Below are positions 1 through 14,100 of a stretch of DNA of 64,000 bases, in pieces. Both the position numbers and the translations under genes were made by a program. The DNA is from Phoronis australis (taxonomy: Eukaryota > Animalia > Phoronida): assembly GCA_002633005.1 (NCBI GenBank), contig NMRA01000456.1, positions 187,147 to 251,146 of the forward strand, given 5' to 3'. Under the pieces are notes generated by a model. That model was not told where the DNA came from. It saw nothing but the letters and a program-made list of their open reading frames with translations, and did not search any database. Positions within the stretch are counted from its first letter, which is position 1; the number at the start of each line of letters is the position of its first letter.

Positions 1-1502
1 AATGAAATACATGCCATTTCATATTGGCCAATGTGACTATTCTTGCACATTGCATTTGACCCAAGAGACTTTAAATTTACTGAGAGGGACTACAGTGACA
101 ACGGTCCTACTACTAGAAATGCATGCATTCAGATAGTCACAAGGGACACTTAGCCAACAGATGATGTCTTGCTCATGAAGTGCTTTCAGCTCTAATTCTA
201 TTAAGAGCCTTTAATTATCAGAACCATCAAGAGGGACCAGATTACTTAGGATTACCTAGTATATCCGATGTTTGCTACTTAAGGTTCAATTCAGAATTAG
301 GTGTTTCAGATGCCAAAGTTGGGTGTTAGCTGGCACCTTTAAATGTGATTACATTAAAATCTCACATATTTCGGATGAAATGATTGCCCAAATTTTTCTT
401 TTTACATTTTCAAAGGCGTCATACACTGTTCCGAATGCCCACTATTTCTGAAAACATTGTCTGACTTGAAAAAATAGGAAATTTCACTTGTTTGCCATAC
501 TGAGTCCTAAATTAATGAGATTTTACTATTTGACCGTTCAAGCCTTTTCAACCCCACAACTATCCGTTTCTATCCTATGTCTAGTCTCTACAACACTATT
601 CTTAACAATAAGCAATGACATTTAACCTAGAACCAGTCATGCACTAGACAGCACTATCTACACACACACAGTACCCTACCTAACCGCATATCAGTCTGCT
701 TCTCACAATTCAATCCCTTCACCTTGTATTCTCAGCAAGCTAATGATTATAAGGCAGCAAATTATATCAAAGGCAATTATCGTAAAAAGATCTAAAGGTC
801 TTAATGAGTTATCAAGTTATCTTTGATCGATAATTCTAAAAATCTGTTAAAGGAGAAATCTAGGATTTTCCTACATTTAGCCAAATGTTACAACGGGACA
901 CCGTTTTATTAAAAAATTCAAGCTGTCCAATACCAAGCATCCCTGAAACCAGAAGCTGAAATCATAATAATTCGTAGCTATTTCTCAGTGTCTGCCTATG
1001 GTAAACTCTTAGCTTGTATCGTGGGCTACATTAACTGTCTCTGCTCTTTGTAAAGCCATCGTTAGGAACTTCTGAATGATTCTCCACCTTGGGACGGTAA
1101 AACATTAATTATTTTGCTCAATATTAAAGCTCATAACAAAATTTTAGAAATATGCAACACTGTTCATTTCAAAATTCAAGAATTACAAAACAATGACAAA
1201 TGACGACTCATCTCGATCTTACACACGATTAGGGTGCTTGAAAAGGTAGCGTTGGCAGCTATTTTTGAAGATTTTATCAACTGCCATGTCTATTTTCAGA
1301 CTCTGTCAAAACAGAATAGTCTTTGAAATTATTTTTACTAATATGACGAATGCAAAAATGGACTGCGTCCCGATCTAAAGAATCAAGAAAATTGAATTTC
1401 TGTTTGAATTTCTGCGTCCCAATTCTTAGAGACAGTACCAAACTGGAGAATTTATACTGTAACCATCACGCTCCAGTCATAGATTCCACATAGGCGGGAT
1501 TA

Positions 1503-1661
1503 CCGTAATCGTTCGGGTTAACGCCCTGGGCGGTTAAATTGGCGAATCCAAAAAATCGGGGGAGGGCGGTTAACCGAGCAGTGGGCGGTTAAATCGAAAA
1601 TCCACCTAAAGTAGGAGGTGGGCGGTTAACTGAGCATGGGCGTTAACCCGAACGTTTACGG
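1503..1661. mobile_element. Short MITE with 24-bp TIRs and TA flanks (Tc1/mariner/pogo-type)
   Basis: TA|CCGTAATCGTTCGGGTTAACGCCC ... GGGCGTTAACCCGAACGTTTACGG|TA (1 mismatch between arms); four internal GGGCGGTTAA repeats. Confidence 0.8.
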
Positions 1662-2089
1662 TAAGTGACACGGTCTCCCGGGCACAACCGAGTCACAGAC
1701 TGCAACCTCGACATAGCAATGAGTACAGAAGCCTCAGATACCAAATGTTTGAAATTACATGGGGACTGGAATTTAGTATAAGATTATAAAATGTACTAAT
1801 GCATCATTGGCGTCAATCGAGAAAGATAAAAGCAGGAATCAACTAAAAACTCATACTCCCTATTTCACAAATTGGACATCAAAGTCCTTGGTGGGTGGTC
1901 ATTTTCCACACTTGCCGTGTAATTCGCTAAAAGTGGAGGTCATGCTTGCCCTTTCAGCAAACTTTGAAAGCAGTTTTCAAATTTCCCTCCAAACTTTTGA
2001 GGGTTGTCGAGGGTTACAGAGAATTTTGTTCCAGTGAAATTGATACGAGTCATTTTTCTTATCTGTTAATAGGCCAAAACGGGGTTCGA

Positions 2090-2730
2090 TCCTCAGAGGC
2101 TCATAAAAGAATACTGACGTAAAAGACTTTAAGCTCTCGTGTTAACAATTCAATAAAAAAATGGACTACTAGATTTTTTTCCGAAGAATTAAGAAAGCTT
2201 GGAAACACTGAGCCTGGATACAGAACTGACCATTCGTGCACAGTTTTGTTTTGCCGATCAATAATTTTTCTAGAGCCCCAGGATTCTGGCTCTTAAACAG
2301 CTCCATATTAAAGGATGAAAAGTGTATTGATTTAATTAAAAATGAAATTTATAACATCAAATCAGAATACGCAGTATTTTCCTATGATAGAACAACCCCA
2401 TTTTCAATAGTCCCAATAATGAGTTTCATTAGCAGATCCAATATTTTTTGATACCACGCTAATTAAACTTTGGTTGGCAACGATTCACTTTCGCATACAA
2501 GGAAAATAAGATGAGTAATCATGTGACTATCTTGCAGAATCACATTTGATATCTTGTTGGAGTTGACCAACCACTGTGACTCACACATCTTCCATGAGAT
2601 TTTGGAAGAATTAGCCGATTAATTGGAAACTATTCCAAGTTATGAAAGATCATTTAGTAAGAACCAGTGCAAGACAGCTTGCACAAGGCAAAAAACGTCA
2701 TAATTCATGAACTTAGACGGCTCGAATTCC
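2090..2730 (+). mobile_element. Degenerate L1/Tx1-clade LINE ORF2 fragment (end of APE endonuclease plus linker)
   Basis: Frameshifted motifs LDFF, EPGYRTDHS (endonuclease C-terminal SDH-type motif), RAPGFWLLNSSILKD (Tx1/L1 GxWxLNxSLL linker) and a VRTSAR..QGKK stretch resembling RSRxxW.E.GEK. Confidence 0.7.
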
Positions 2731-5700
2731 TAACATTGTGGACCTTTTGGTGACAAAATAGCCGATGGAGTAAAAAAAACAGACGCACCACAGTGAATTG
2801 TGCGTTTGTGCTTGTTTAGGGGACTTTTGTCTCATTTTCTCGGACTTTTTGTTTCTCACAGGCGGACCTTTTTGCCCACTTCGCCAAATGAGGGGCTCAT
2901 TCAAGCCCCCGAGCAACCCCGCATGGAATAATTTTCATGAAAATTTGTATTTATGCAATGATAATATAATGATTATGGTAATAAATGCAAACAATAACAG
3001 GATGCCAAAATATTTCAACTTTAAAAACATCAGGGGTAAATTCTGCGACAAGACATGAGAAATTACCCACACATTTTACAAACATATAACAAAAATTAAG
3101 ATTTCACGAAGGGCAGATGCAAACTCGAGCAATGAATTATTGTGAAATCAAACTCTGGTATAAATCAGGAATCTGTCAATTTTCATTGTTTCTTTCCTCA
3201 AAATGGCATCCATATCAGGTGTACCAAAAATGTTTTACATTCACAAGGCTGTACACATTTTAGTTTTACAACCAGATAAATTAAATAATAATAAAATTTC
3301 AGTTATTTATTTCTCACATCAAACCAAACTGAGTGCTCCTGTTTACTTATAAACTGCATTTAGTCCTGTTTACCAGGCTAAAAATGAATACTGAATTAGG
3401 CCTATTACTCTCGTAAAATCGGTCTCATGGCATCCCTTACCATGATAGGACTTGATTTTAGTTACTAAAAGAACATCAAAACCATTTGCAATTCAACAAA
3501 ACCCTTCAGTTCATTGTAGTTGGCCAAACCCAAAATTGCAAATTTGAATATGGTGTTCCAACGCAATGCCTCTTACTTGAGTTGCTAACTTATTCATGAT
3601 TGGATGGTCGTGGTAATGTTTTTAAACTTAAACCCCAAAGTGCTTCAGTTAAGAATTCATAGTTGACAGGTGCACAACAGAAAAATGAAACTTTAATTCT
3701 TGGACACAAAACATGTCTCTATAACTGCATAACTGCCTTATCAGCAGCTGAGCTGTAAAAAACTTATTTAGAACTAAATCAACAACACTGACTTCTCTGA
3801 CAAATGTAACTTTGATACTTCTTGATACATTTGTCAGAGTATCAGGATACAATGGTATCCAATTTTCAAAATGAGGGTTTTGGGTAAATTTCAATTTTGT
3901 GTAATTTCAAAACAGAATAAACTCAAAAGACAGAATTAAAAAATTGTGAAGAATGCATCAAATTTTATTAAATACCATTAAATACCTAACTCAGTTTAAA
4001 TAATGCACGTTCAATATTGGATCACGTTTGGAACACCCAATATAAACAAGCCATTTGAGTCTCTGACATTTGTCAAAATGAACACAAATCATGAAATTTC
4101 CCTTTAATTTGGAATTGACTACGCACTACGTCATCACGTGTAAATCATCAATAGTGCTCTAACCAAAATTAAATTACCTAGGATGTCAATTATTTAATGT
4201 CACCATCAACTTAATTCACCGAGACATTGCTTCTAAAGCGTGTTACTGCAGATGCATTGAGATTTCTCCATCTCTTAGTCAAGGGGTGGAAACAAATTCC
4301 ATAGCCACGCCTCTAAATTCTAGGCAACTGAGTGCTTAACAGCAGGAACAAGGCTACTGCATCTACACAAAAACATGAAGGTATTATGATTAGATAGGTC
4401 AGTTCTACAGTTTGGAGGCTCATAGATGAACATGGCCATCGGAGGAAATTAAGTGATGAGTAATTCATAAAAAATGGCAGCACTTATCCTAACAGGATGA
4501 GGCAAAATTAGTAAGTGATAACTCAAAACACTCAGGCTATAATCCAAATAAAATTATTATGAGGTATCACCAAGCAACAGATTCAGCCAATGTCAAGCAA
4601 CAAAAATAACATTGACATTTTCCGGGGCAAAACTACTTGTGAAGTAGAAAACCATTTTAATGACAATTTGCTAAGACTAGTTGCCATAAAAAGAAAAAAA
4701 AATGAACTATAGTTGTAAGTCTGACAAATTCTTCGAAGATTACCTGTATGTAAAAGCAAATGCATGCTGATCATTAATAAGGAAGAAAATTCTACATCTA
4801 CACAGCCATTCCCAGTTAGTGTAAGATCATTTCACAGAACCATACAAAATTAAAAGAAAATCTAGTCTACCATCAAAGTTAATGACAAGCGTAACAAATA
4901 TTTTTGGCTACATACAGGATACAGCTTGTGATATCACACGGCACAAACATTATCCACGCAAGCATGCTTGACTGACGAATCAATCATTGACTTGCATCAA
5001 AACATCTAAATTTCTCAAAAAACGACCTAACATTCACAGTTCAAGCAAGTAAAGGTTTATTCACCAAAAACATTTCTGTTATACAACCAGCTCAGCTTGC
5101 CAGCACATCATGACAAACAGGGAATATATAAACAGAGCAGAAAACACAAGGGGTGTTAAAATAAGCATGGTGCTTACACTGCTCACACTGACAATATCAC
5201 AAACTAAATTAATAAATTATTGATTGGACAGCAAAACTAAAGTTAAGAAGAAAATAGTTTACCATAAACAACAAAATAGTCACCCACTATTTGGTAGCAG
5301 CCACCATCAAGCATGAAAAAAAGACAATGAAAACGATTAGACTGATGGCGTAGATCCTGAAAAAGGACAATAACAGTCATTGTAACATAGCAAAGCTAAA
5401 AGGGAAGGTAACCATTTGTAGAGTGATTTACATTTAAACTACCATTTTATGGTTAGGCCAAAAAGCATAGTTGGTTGCAGTCTCTGTTTTATTGCAAATC
5501 GAGTTGGTAGAGGGTAATATTTAGTCGCTCACATTTTCAAAGATGAAAATCCACCCGAGAAGAGCAGAAATGATATGGGACTTATTTTGTTACCTATCGC
5601 TTAGCAAACCATGGCGATTCAAACCTTCCTTTCCCTTGCATATGTGCAGCTTTTCAAAAAAAACATGAGACCTTGGCCGAAGATGATGTGAGGGGGCAGT

Positions 5701-6974
5701 TTTTTCACTCGGTGAGCGCAGGTCTCAAAATGAATCGAAGGAAGAGACCGGAACCGAATATGCTTTGTTGGCCTTATCCTAAATAAATTTTCAAGGTTTA
5801 ATAAATTCTCCCAGGTTCTAATTAATTATGCATGCATCACTCTGGAAGTGGCATTCGCAGCCCCAATCAGTCACCACCACCTATGTCTGTGCGACGACTG
5901 ATTGCGGACATCTGTCGATTGTATACTGTTTTTCAAAAATTGCGTTCAACTAGTATTCTCAGATAATCCCAGATTGAACCTAGGAACCAAAATGATTAGT
6001 TCCTAGATCGAAGTATAACTCAGCTGAGCAAGAGTTAGACAATGTTTCATCCGCAGAGGACAAGAAACGGCAGGAGTTGTCGACTACAAAAACGCGAATC
6101 GCAAAAACGGAGAAGTTGTACTGGCTGCTGGCAGGTTGCCCTACAGTGACAGTTCACATGCACGGGCGACACCAACTTAGCAGACTTGAGAGTCACTATA
6201 GCGGCTGCAGCTCACAACAGAGCAAAGAAAGGAAAGACCGACGGTTTGACATACTTCACAACAAGTTCACCAGCTACCTTCAAGATCTCTGCACACATGT
6301 TCCTTTCATAATCCAGTGATAAGAAATGTTGGCCACACGCAATAGTTCCAGGCATACTGAATAAGACTGGGAGAAGGACAGCGAACAGTCCAATGTGTTA
6401 CAAGATGACAAACACAATGACGTATCCATGTCAAATATGGTCCTAAGTGGTTGTAAACATACGCAAAGCTGGCAGGGAATGATTCACGAGCGAACATCAC
6501 TTTCAGAGTGGCACATGCATAATTAATTATGGAACTTAATTAACTTGAACATTTATCTCTAAGTAAGATAACAAGAAAACGGTAATTTGACTAAAAATGA
6601 TAGTACAAATAGTTGCCTTACCTTTTCTGGCTAAACAAACAAATTCTGTCCTAGTCTACTGTTGTTTTAAAAATTGACATTGCATTTTCAATTGTTTATT
6701 TTTTCAAAGACAAACATTCATCTGACACAGCTCAGAAGTGGTGTAGTTCTAGCCAGCTTTCAAAATGCAACAACCTGTTTACGTGAACACACTTTCTTTT
6801 TTTCACAGTTTCAAAAATGAGTTGGCCGCAGACCAGAATCAAAACTGCAGTTTTTCCATATACAAGATTAAACCACACAGTAAACAATTATTCTCACAAC
6901 AAACTACAGATTAAAGGTTCGTTCCAAGGCAGACCTGAGGATACAGCTGCAATAAATAACTTTGGGGAGAGTTA

Positions 6975-7274
6975 CGGTAAAAAGTCTCCAATTTGGGATA
7001 GCGAAAAATAAATGATTTTGCCCAAGGTTGGACCTTGTTCCAAATTCTAGAAACAGCCAATATTTGTTCCCCCAAATTAAGAATCACCTGAAAAACGTGA
7101 AAATTATCCAACATGCAGATTGAAACAAAACACATTTTCTGAAATTTGAGAAATAAAATGAATGCCAAAATCGCCTTGTCCCAAATTTCAAAATTTGCTT
7201 ACCGGTACTCAATTTTTTCAGGACTTTCATGTCCCAAATTCTAGAGACTGTCCCAAACTGGAGAATTTTTAAAG
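6975..7274. mobile_element. MITE with ~27-bp imperfect TIRs and TA flanks; a partial copy of the same family ends near 1460
   Basis: TA|CGGTAAAAAGTCTCCAATTTGGGATAG versus CTGTCCCAAACTGGAGAATTTTTAAAG|TA; 1415-1460 (CCAAACTGGAGAATTTATACTGTA) matches the 3' end. Confidence 0.6.
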
Positions 7275-9949
7275 TACCTGCTTACAATATAGGAAGGGAA
7301 GGAACCTTCATGAAATAGTCTGGATCAATCTAGCTACACAGTTTTGGTGCTGGAGTTAACATACCGGTAAAATATATCATTATAAAGCCATTAAAAGCTA
7401 CGGCTCAATCCACTTTCACCAAGCAGGACTCGATTGGCTTGCAGGTCGCGACCTCAGATATTGTTTGGTGACCTGGTAAAAACCCAGGTTATCAGGACCA
7501 TGTACAAGCACATACTCAAAATACTAGCATAGGAAGTAAAAATTGGAAGGGCCCCTGTATGAGTCACGCACCAGTAAAGTGTCTCAATTATCTGTTATTA
7601 CCCAGGGATGTAAACCAGTGAGGGATATTGGGTGCGAAAGGAGACAATTGTTCGCTACCGAGCACACTAGACACTCAATTTTTCATTTGTCTAAAGAAAA
7701 GAAAAGGTTATCCAGCTAATCTCGGGTGTACTTGGTGGGCATTTGCTGTTTTTTCACTTTTTAAAAGATCTCATTGATTTAATACTTGGCTCTTGACAAC
7801 ATGCGCCATTAGCAGGGGGGAGGGGACTTTCACAAACCTCCCTCCCCTATGAGGTTGCCTTGTTTTGGCAACCTTGTTGGCAACCAATTTTGCCATGTCG
7901 CATTTGGAGAGTTGACGTTATACTAAACACATCTGCCCAAACAAAACCCAAGAAGTACTTCTTTGGAACTGTTTAAGGTCCAACAGTAACCCACGGTGGC
8001 TGATTAAGAGGAGTGACACCCCACCTGCCGAGTCAGGTAACCTGTGTTGTAGTCAGAGAGCATTGTCTTAGACGTCTTATTCCGACTTCCAAATGGATGA
8101 GAAAAAGTGAACATAATTATCACATGGATATAGCTACATTCTCAAGGAGTGATTTTCATAAATAGCCCGATAGTCTTAACTGAAACCTGTGTCAACATGG
8201 CACGGGTACATTTACATTGGCTTATCAGGTAAATACATGGCAAACATAGTACACCACTAGAAAATGGACGTGTTACGCGTACGTGATGTACAGCAATGGG
8301 AAAGCTTAACTAAAAGCAGTAATATATTTTGATTAAATTCATATTCCATGTTGCCAATTCTTGCATACGAATATCAAGATTAGTCTTTGAAGTTTCAATG
8401 GCAATGTTTTTTTTTACTTTGTATTTGTCAAAAACATTGAATTTTGCATTAGACAAACTTTAACCAGTTTCTCTAAGACTGTACGTCCAACAGTTCATGA
8501 GTGTCATATTGGCATGTCAAACAGAACAAACCTTTTTCCATCTGAACCAAACACAATCTAAATTAAGTGGACCAAGAGAACGGTTATTACTCACTCATTC
8601 CATTTTACGTTTGCAATCAATTTTCACACGTTTTGAAAGTTAGGTTGAAGTCTGAAGTACTCTGGTGACACAATCTAGCATCAACTGCATTGATGACATC
8701 AGGTCTGATTTAATACATGGATTGATGGCAGTGAATTCCCACAGCCACTTAAATCCATTGTCACAGTGTAAGTTGGTTAATGGATGTCCACTAATACAAG
8801 TAGGGTTAAAGGCAACAGAATCATCAGAACCCAGTTTTGTCTTCAGTCCAATTGCAGCTCATGAGTAACACCTGCTGACAGGAAACCATCACTTTAAACA
8901 GTGGATCACCACAGCATGACAGCCTGCATTGCTCAGGACACACTGTATTGTCAGGAGGAAAACAATGACCTACACCCAGGTTTTTATACATACATCTACT
9001 CTCTGCATCGTGCCCCAGTTCCAAGCACCACATGAGAACTGAGTTACTTAAATCATTAGTTATTACAGCATGAACAGATTGTCGAGGGTAAATTATTAAA
9101 CCACACATGGACAAGCCACCACCTTTTGGCAAATTTCCCGTATAGCCAAATGTTAACCAGTGTTAAAAATCCACCAGAATCCAGACTTGAAATCGAGATC
9201 ACTGGCGGGTGAGCCTAATATCGAAACTGACTGGTCTAAGCAATTGCCCTTCAGCAAACGATTTGGAGAGGGCTTATTTGATTGCCCAACAAACCAGGAA
9301 GTCACCTGATGCCCCAGCGCGTTATACCTGGCCACATGCTAAAAAACATCCATTGCCAGCCATGTTTATCACAACAATGTCAACATACTTTGTTTGGATA
9401 GTTGATGTATCATATACAATTTGCACACAAAACATAGCATTGTTCCTCAATTTAAATCATCAGTTGAACTTTCCCAGAACAGGAACTTCACAATACCACT
9501 TCACAGCAGCCAGTATCCTGGTAAATGATACAGGTGCTCAAACTATAGTAACTGACCCATACAGTATACTATCTCCATAGTGCCTTGTGGTGACATGTTG
9601 AAAAATTGACCAGAACCAACACTTGTACCCAGGACCTTCAGGATACGAGTATTTACTTTTAGTGTTTGCCGTTTGGCCAAGAGGCAATTGCTCATGGGCA
9701 AGGGATTTAGAAAGGCTTACGTCACACCTACAAGTGACATACTGCTAGTACTAAGTATCACAACACTCCTTCCTCTTCTGTAGAAAAGATGCGCATCCTT
9801 AGGCTACCTGTCTCAGAAACACCCTTAGCATTGCGAGCAATGAACAAATGGTCAGTAGCCAGATGGACTGTGTGAAAAGAAGTTTGATTTCAGGAGCATT
9901 TGTTCAAGCTAGAAAGAGATACAGACATCAAATGCTTCCAAAGTTGTCC

Positions 9950-10105
9950 CTCTATGTATAAACGTTACTAATACTAGTAACATGACTTTGATGATTTAAT
10001 CAGTGTGAGGCATAATTCGGCATAAAGCTTCGGGTGTATGGAGAGCCTTTTATGGGATGGCCACTGTCTCTACTGAGTGAGGCCAGTCGAGACAGTGGCA
10101 CTGTC
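9950..10105. mobile_element. One arm of the foldback MITE family also present at 42563-43655
   Basis: ACTTTGA..ATCAGTG..GGCATAA..GTGTATG..GCC..ATGGGA..CCACTGTCTCTACTG aligns with 43540-43655. Confidence 0.6.
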
Positions 10106-10257
10106 TAACCTCCCCTTGATTGGTGCTAAGACTGTTCATCACCCCTGGAGGTCACTATAGTGATAGCCAGGACCGTGGATAATTAGAGCACATTTCCATC
10201 ATTGTGTCTGTGGAGTGTGGTGAGCGAGGTTGTGTGCAGGAGATGGTAGAAGTGGCG

Positions 10258-10495
10258 TGTTGTCGACGGGCTAATACGATGAATCATATGAGCCTCTGTT
10301 AACCACTCGCTAACAAATGGGCAATTGCCTAGGCTATAGACAGCATAGTATTAGCCCAATGCCAATGCGGACTGTCCAATGCCAATGATACTGAATTATA
10401 TAACATTATAACAAGCTTGGTTGGCTATCACTATCAGTGCCGTGGCGTGGGTCACTGGTTCAATTCCCAAGTTGGTGACCTCTGAAATTACTACG
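10258..10495 (+). mobile_element. Diverged single LTR of the tRNA-bearing TRIM family, with ~80-bp insertion
   Basis: TGTTGTCGAC..GAATCATATGAGCCTCTGTTAACCACTCGCTAACA..GCAATTGCCTA and 3' GGTCACTGGTTCAATTCCCAAGTTGG..ATTACTAC match the LTRs at 42981 and 44702. Confidence 0.65.
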
Positions 10496-10576
10496 GATGT
10501 GATAAAAATGTCTACTTCAATAATATGTTTGTGAACAATATCTTTAACTAGCAACGGAAATGAGTTACAAGTATAC

Positions 10577-10706
10577 CTTGGCGTTCAGGAAATTCTATTT
10601 GAACACGATCTGATGAAACTGCTCCGTACTCGGTCTCTTTGCCGACATCGTCATCTGCTTTGGTAACTTGGAATCTCACAGAGGTCTTCGACTTTGACTC
10701 GGTCAT
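10577..10706 (-). CDS. First coding exon of a probable SLC12 K-Cl cotransporter (KCC/SLC12A4-7-like); 1-10576 is probably intronic and the rest of the gene lies outside the window
   Basis: ATG at 10706, MTESKSKTSVRFQVTKADDDVGKETEYGAVSSDRVQIEFPERQ, then phase-1 donor G|GTATAC. The N-terminal RFQVTK (RFxV, SPAK/OSR1 docking motif) resembles invertebrate KCC N-termini. No transmembrane exons are in the window, so family identity is inferred. Confidence 0.6.
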
Positions 10707-11133
10707 CTCAAGTTGTTCAGTGAGTTTTATCTTTGAAAACTAAGAAGGAAACTTGACTGATTTCAGAAGCTACGAGTCCGAGAAGTCAAGATCATACTGA
10801 GTCAGCGGGTCAAGATGTCGGAATATGTGTGAACGATGCAAATGTGCATCGTTGTAGTGAAGCGTTATAACACTACAGAGTATTTTAAAAATAGCATGGA
10901 TCAAAAGTCTTTTCGAAAGAAATTTGACAACATTAGCTAATTTGAATATAAAATAAAACTGTTGCAATATTTTACAAAACATGAAATTTATAATCTATGG
11001 ATGAAATACGCACCACGTAACATTTTATAAAAGAAAGTGCTAGGTTTGTTTATTTTTCATATCGGGGACTTTGCAGACGACAAAAATATCTGCATTTGTG
11101 ACCGTCAAGTCTCGAGGTTTATTTGTCCTAAAA

Positions 11134-14100
11134 ATGGCAGATTGGGTGCATTGCAATACTTGTTTCCATCAACCAGGGGATGGAAGAAAGTTTTCATTAA
11201 CCAACTGTGGACATATCTTTTGTGCTAACTGTACAGAACAAAGTGAGTAGTGCGCAATCCAGTTGCAACTAGCCAAGCGGGGACTACCCACGGCCACGGC
11301 ATGAAACTATGAAAGCACAGTGCCATACTAACCTAACTGCAACTGCAACACCTGTGCAAGAAGCTGTGTACTGTTACTAAATTATATTAAATACACAGCT
11401 TTGCGCTGATGTGAGAAAAAAATGGCCAACTAAAATCTCCCATTTATTCCATATTCCAGATGACACCAGGTTTTCAGAAGCCATCAATTTAATTTCTTTT
11501 GTGAAGCACCACTTCCACAGGCTCTTTCTTTTGTCCAATATCAGGGGGCATAAACACCAATTATCTACTCTGCTGAATGTAATTTAAACTTAAGTCAACT
11601 TAAAACCTTGTCAATAAATATATTTAAACTCATCGCTGCAATATGGACAATTCAGTATTTCTTCTGCGAAAGAAGGATTCTACACTAATTTTTCTTAAGC
11701 CGTTCGATTTCATTAGCCAAGCATGTTAAAAGATTAAAAGTTCTGTCCTTGGCATTTCCATTTATTTTAGCCAGTATTCTATTGTCCAGCATACATCGAT
11801 AATGTGATAATTGCTCTGCAACACACAATAGGAACTTAGAATAGACTCTCAGCTTTTGAGATGTCAAGGGCAGACGGCAACATCGGTTCAAGAGAAGCAT
11901 TGTCCAACTACAACAACCAGTGAATGGCCGGATTTCCTAATGTGGGGAAGTTGTCTGTCTGAGTGGGTATCTTCAATGGAACGCCAGTTGATCTAGACAT
12001 GCAGTTATGCCATAGAGGAGCGTCAGCTCAAATACTCCGCTCTTCTTCATGTACAGACCCGTTCAATCAATGCCTGCCCTTTGTTTTAGGCACCAAACCA
12101 AAGTGTAGAATGTGTGGAGTCTCATGCACTACAATTCAGTTGTCATCAAAGGTGAGGAGACTGTTATTGCATTATCATACACGATGATTATATTGGATTT
12201 AAACTATGGTAAAAATTTCTTCAAATTGGAACACGATCAATATTGTGGAACTCTAAAATTTGTTTTATGAAAATTAATTCCAACAAGAGTAATAAAAAGA
12301 AAATTTTCTGTGATTATTTGAAAATTTTAAGTATAGTATATGGCTGTCATCAGCAAATACACGATGAAATTTTGTTTTTGGCACTACAGTAGTGTTGAAA
12401 ACTGAAAAAAAATACAATTTTTACCATTATTTTTGTTTAAATTTGATCCAGAAACTTTACCATACTCAAAAAGTAAGTGTACTATCTGTTTTCCCTAATT
12501 TCTCTGAAAGTCACAAAATGAACTTATTTCAATTATGCATTTATAAGTTCAGTAGGAATTTTGTTGGAATTTTCGTCTTCATGGCAAGAGGACAAGATTG
12601 AAAAATCACTTATAGTCATAGTGAGTCTAATGTGACTAGGATGTCTTAGAATATGTGATGGACAGAGTTACGCAATGTCTGAATGTGACTTAATTGTGAC
12701 TGACGATCCTCTATTCAAATTTCACTGCATTCTTTGCGATTTTAAGATCACACTGGTGGTGTGCACAAGTCAGCAGTCAGACGCGACTGCGAACGATGGG
12801 GTCACGGGCAAGATCACCGTCAAGTATTGTTGTACAATGCATGCAAATGCATGTATATAAAGAACGTATGCTTTCCACTTTTTAATACAGTGCCTTGCAA
12901 ATTATTCTCCAGTAGTACAATTGGTCTATCTATGCCTTTTGCACTGGAATGAATGTGTAAGATACAGATTCTCAGTAAAACATTAGCATTCCATGCACAT
13001 GCTTAGATCAAGTATACCTCTGTGTCTTGACAAATGGAATATTTTGTTTAAGTGCTTGTCTTTAACACCATGCAATGAATCACACCATAGATTGCATTGA
13101 CTGAGGCAAAAAGACTGGGATTTCTGATTTTGATGAATTCATAATTTGTCAATAGCTCTCATGAACATTCTTGCAGTGAAATTCTGTCTGAAGTGTGATG
13201 TTTGTTCTCTGCCAAGAATGCTGTGCCTTTTTGATGAGACACAAGAGGGTGCCATTGCTGCCACCGACATAACAATATGCAATGAATAAAAGTTGATATA
13301 TTTATAATTATATTTGTTGTTTATTATACTGACATGGATACATTGCAGAGTACAATACAAAAACAAATAAGGTTTACCACGCAACACATCCCTGTCCCCT
13401 TGGGCTTATAAAAGTCACTTGACATGAATATCAATAAGCACCCAAACGGTTATACACAATGTAAATGTTGATAGTCCCCAGCCAAGTCGAGGTCACAGCT
13501 GTAATAATCAGACAATTTCACTTTAATGCTGTTTTTCATAGTAGGAAAAGCAGGAAACATCTGATGCAAAATATAATGTATTAGGCCTGGTTGGATATTG
13601 GCATGGCAGCTTCTGTTATTGGTTGTTTTATCATGTTTTTCCAATTTGAAAAAGTAATTATTTAACTAACACAGAAAGTGCATTGACATTTTCTTTTAAT
13701 TTCAAGAATGCTGATTAAATTTAGATGTGGTCTGCTTTCATCTGAAAAAACACATTTTAAGCCTGTCCTCACTGTAATATTATGAGATGTCGACATATTT
13801 TGTTGAAATCCTAGTTTTCAAGTACACTTGTTTGTAGATGAAACCTGATGTGGAAATATTTTTCACAGATCCTGGTGACATTGTTAAAAAACGTGACAAG
13901 CAATTATTACAGGTACTGTAAGTTTTTGATTTAAAAAAATTTATTTAGAAACTGTTGTTTTAGTGCATACATCGTATATCAATAATAATTACAGGCACAA
14001 TTAAATTCTCTGCATAAATTTTCATTCTTCCCATACCCATTTTTGTTTCGTTTATTTATTGTGGTAATCTTTGCTCTTGCCCATGACACATTTGTCTCAA

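Noticed and set aside
4735-4775. Minus-strand CAG|GTAATC as a recursive splice site
   Set aside because: Donor is only moderate and such juxtapositions arise by chance; no other support.
6040-6320. Possible transposase C-terminal remnant
   Set aside because: No diagnostic motif; too degenerate to call.
8665-9580. Cluster of Cys-rich short ORFs
   Set aside because: No coherent frame or splice structure; possibly old transposon debris.
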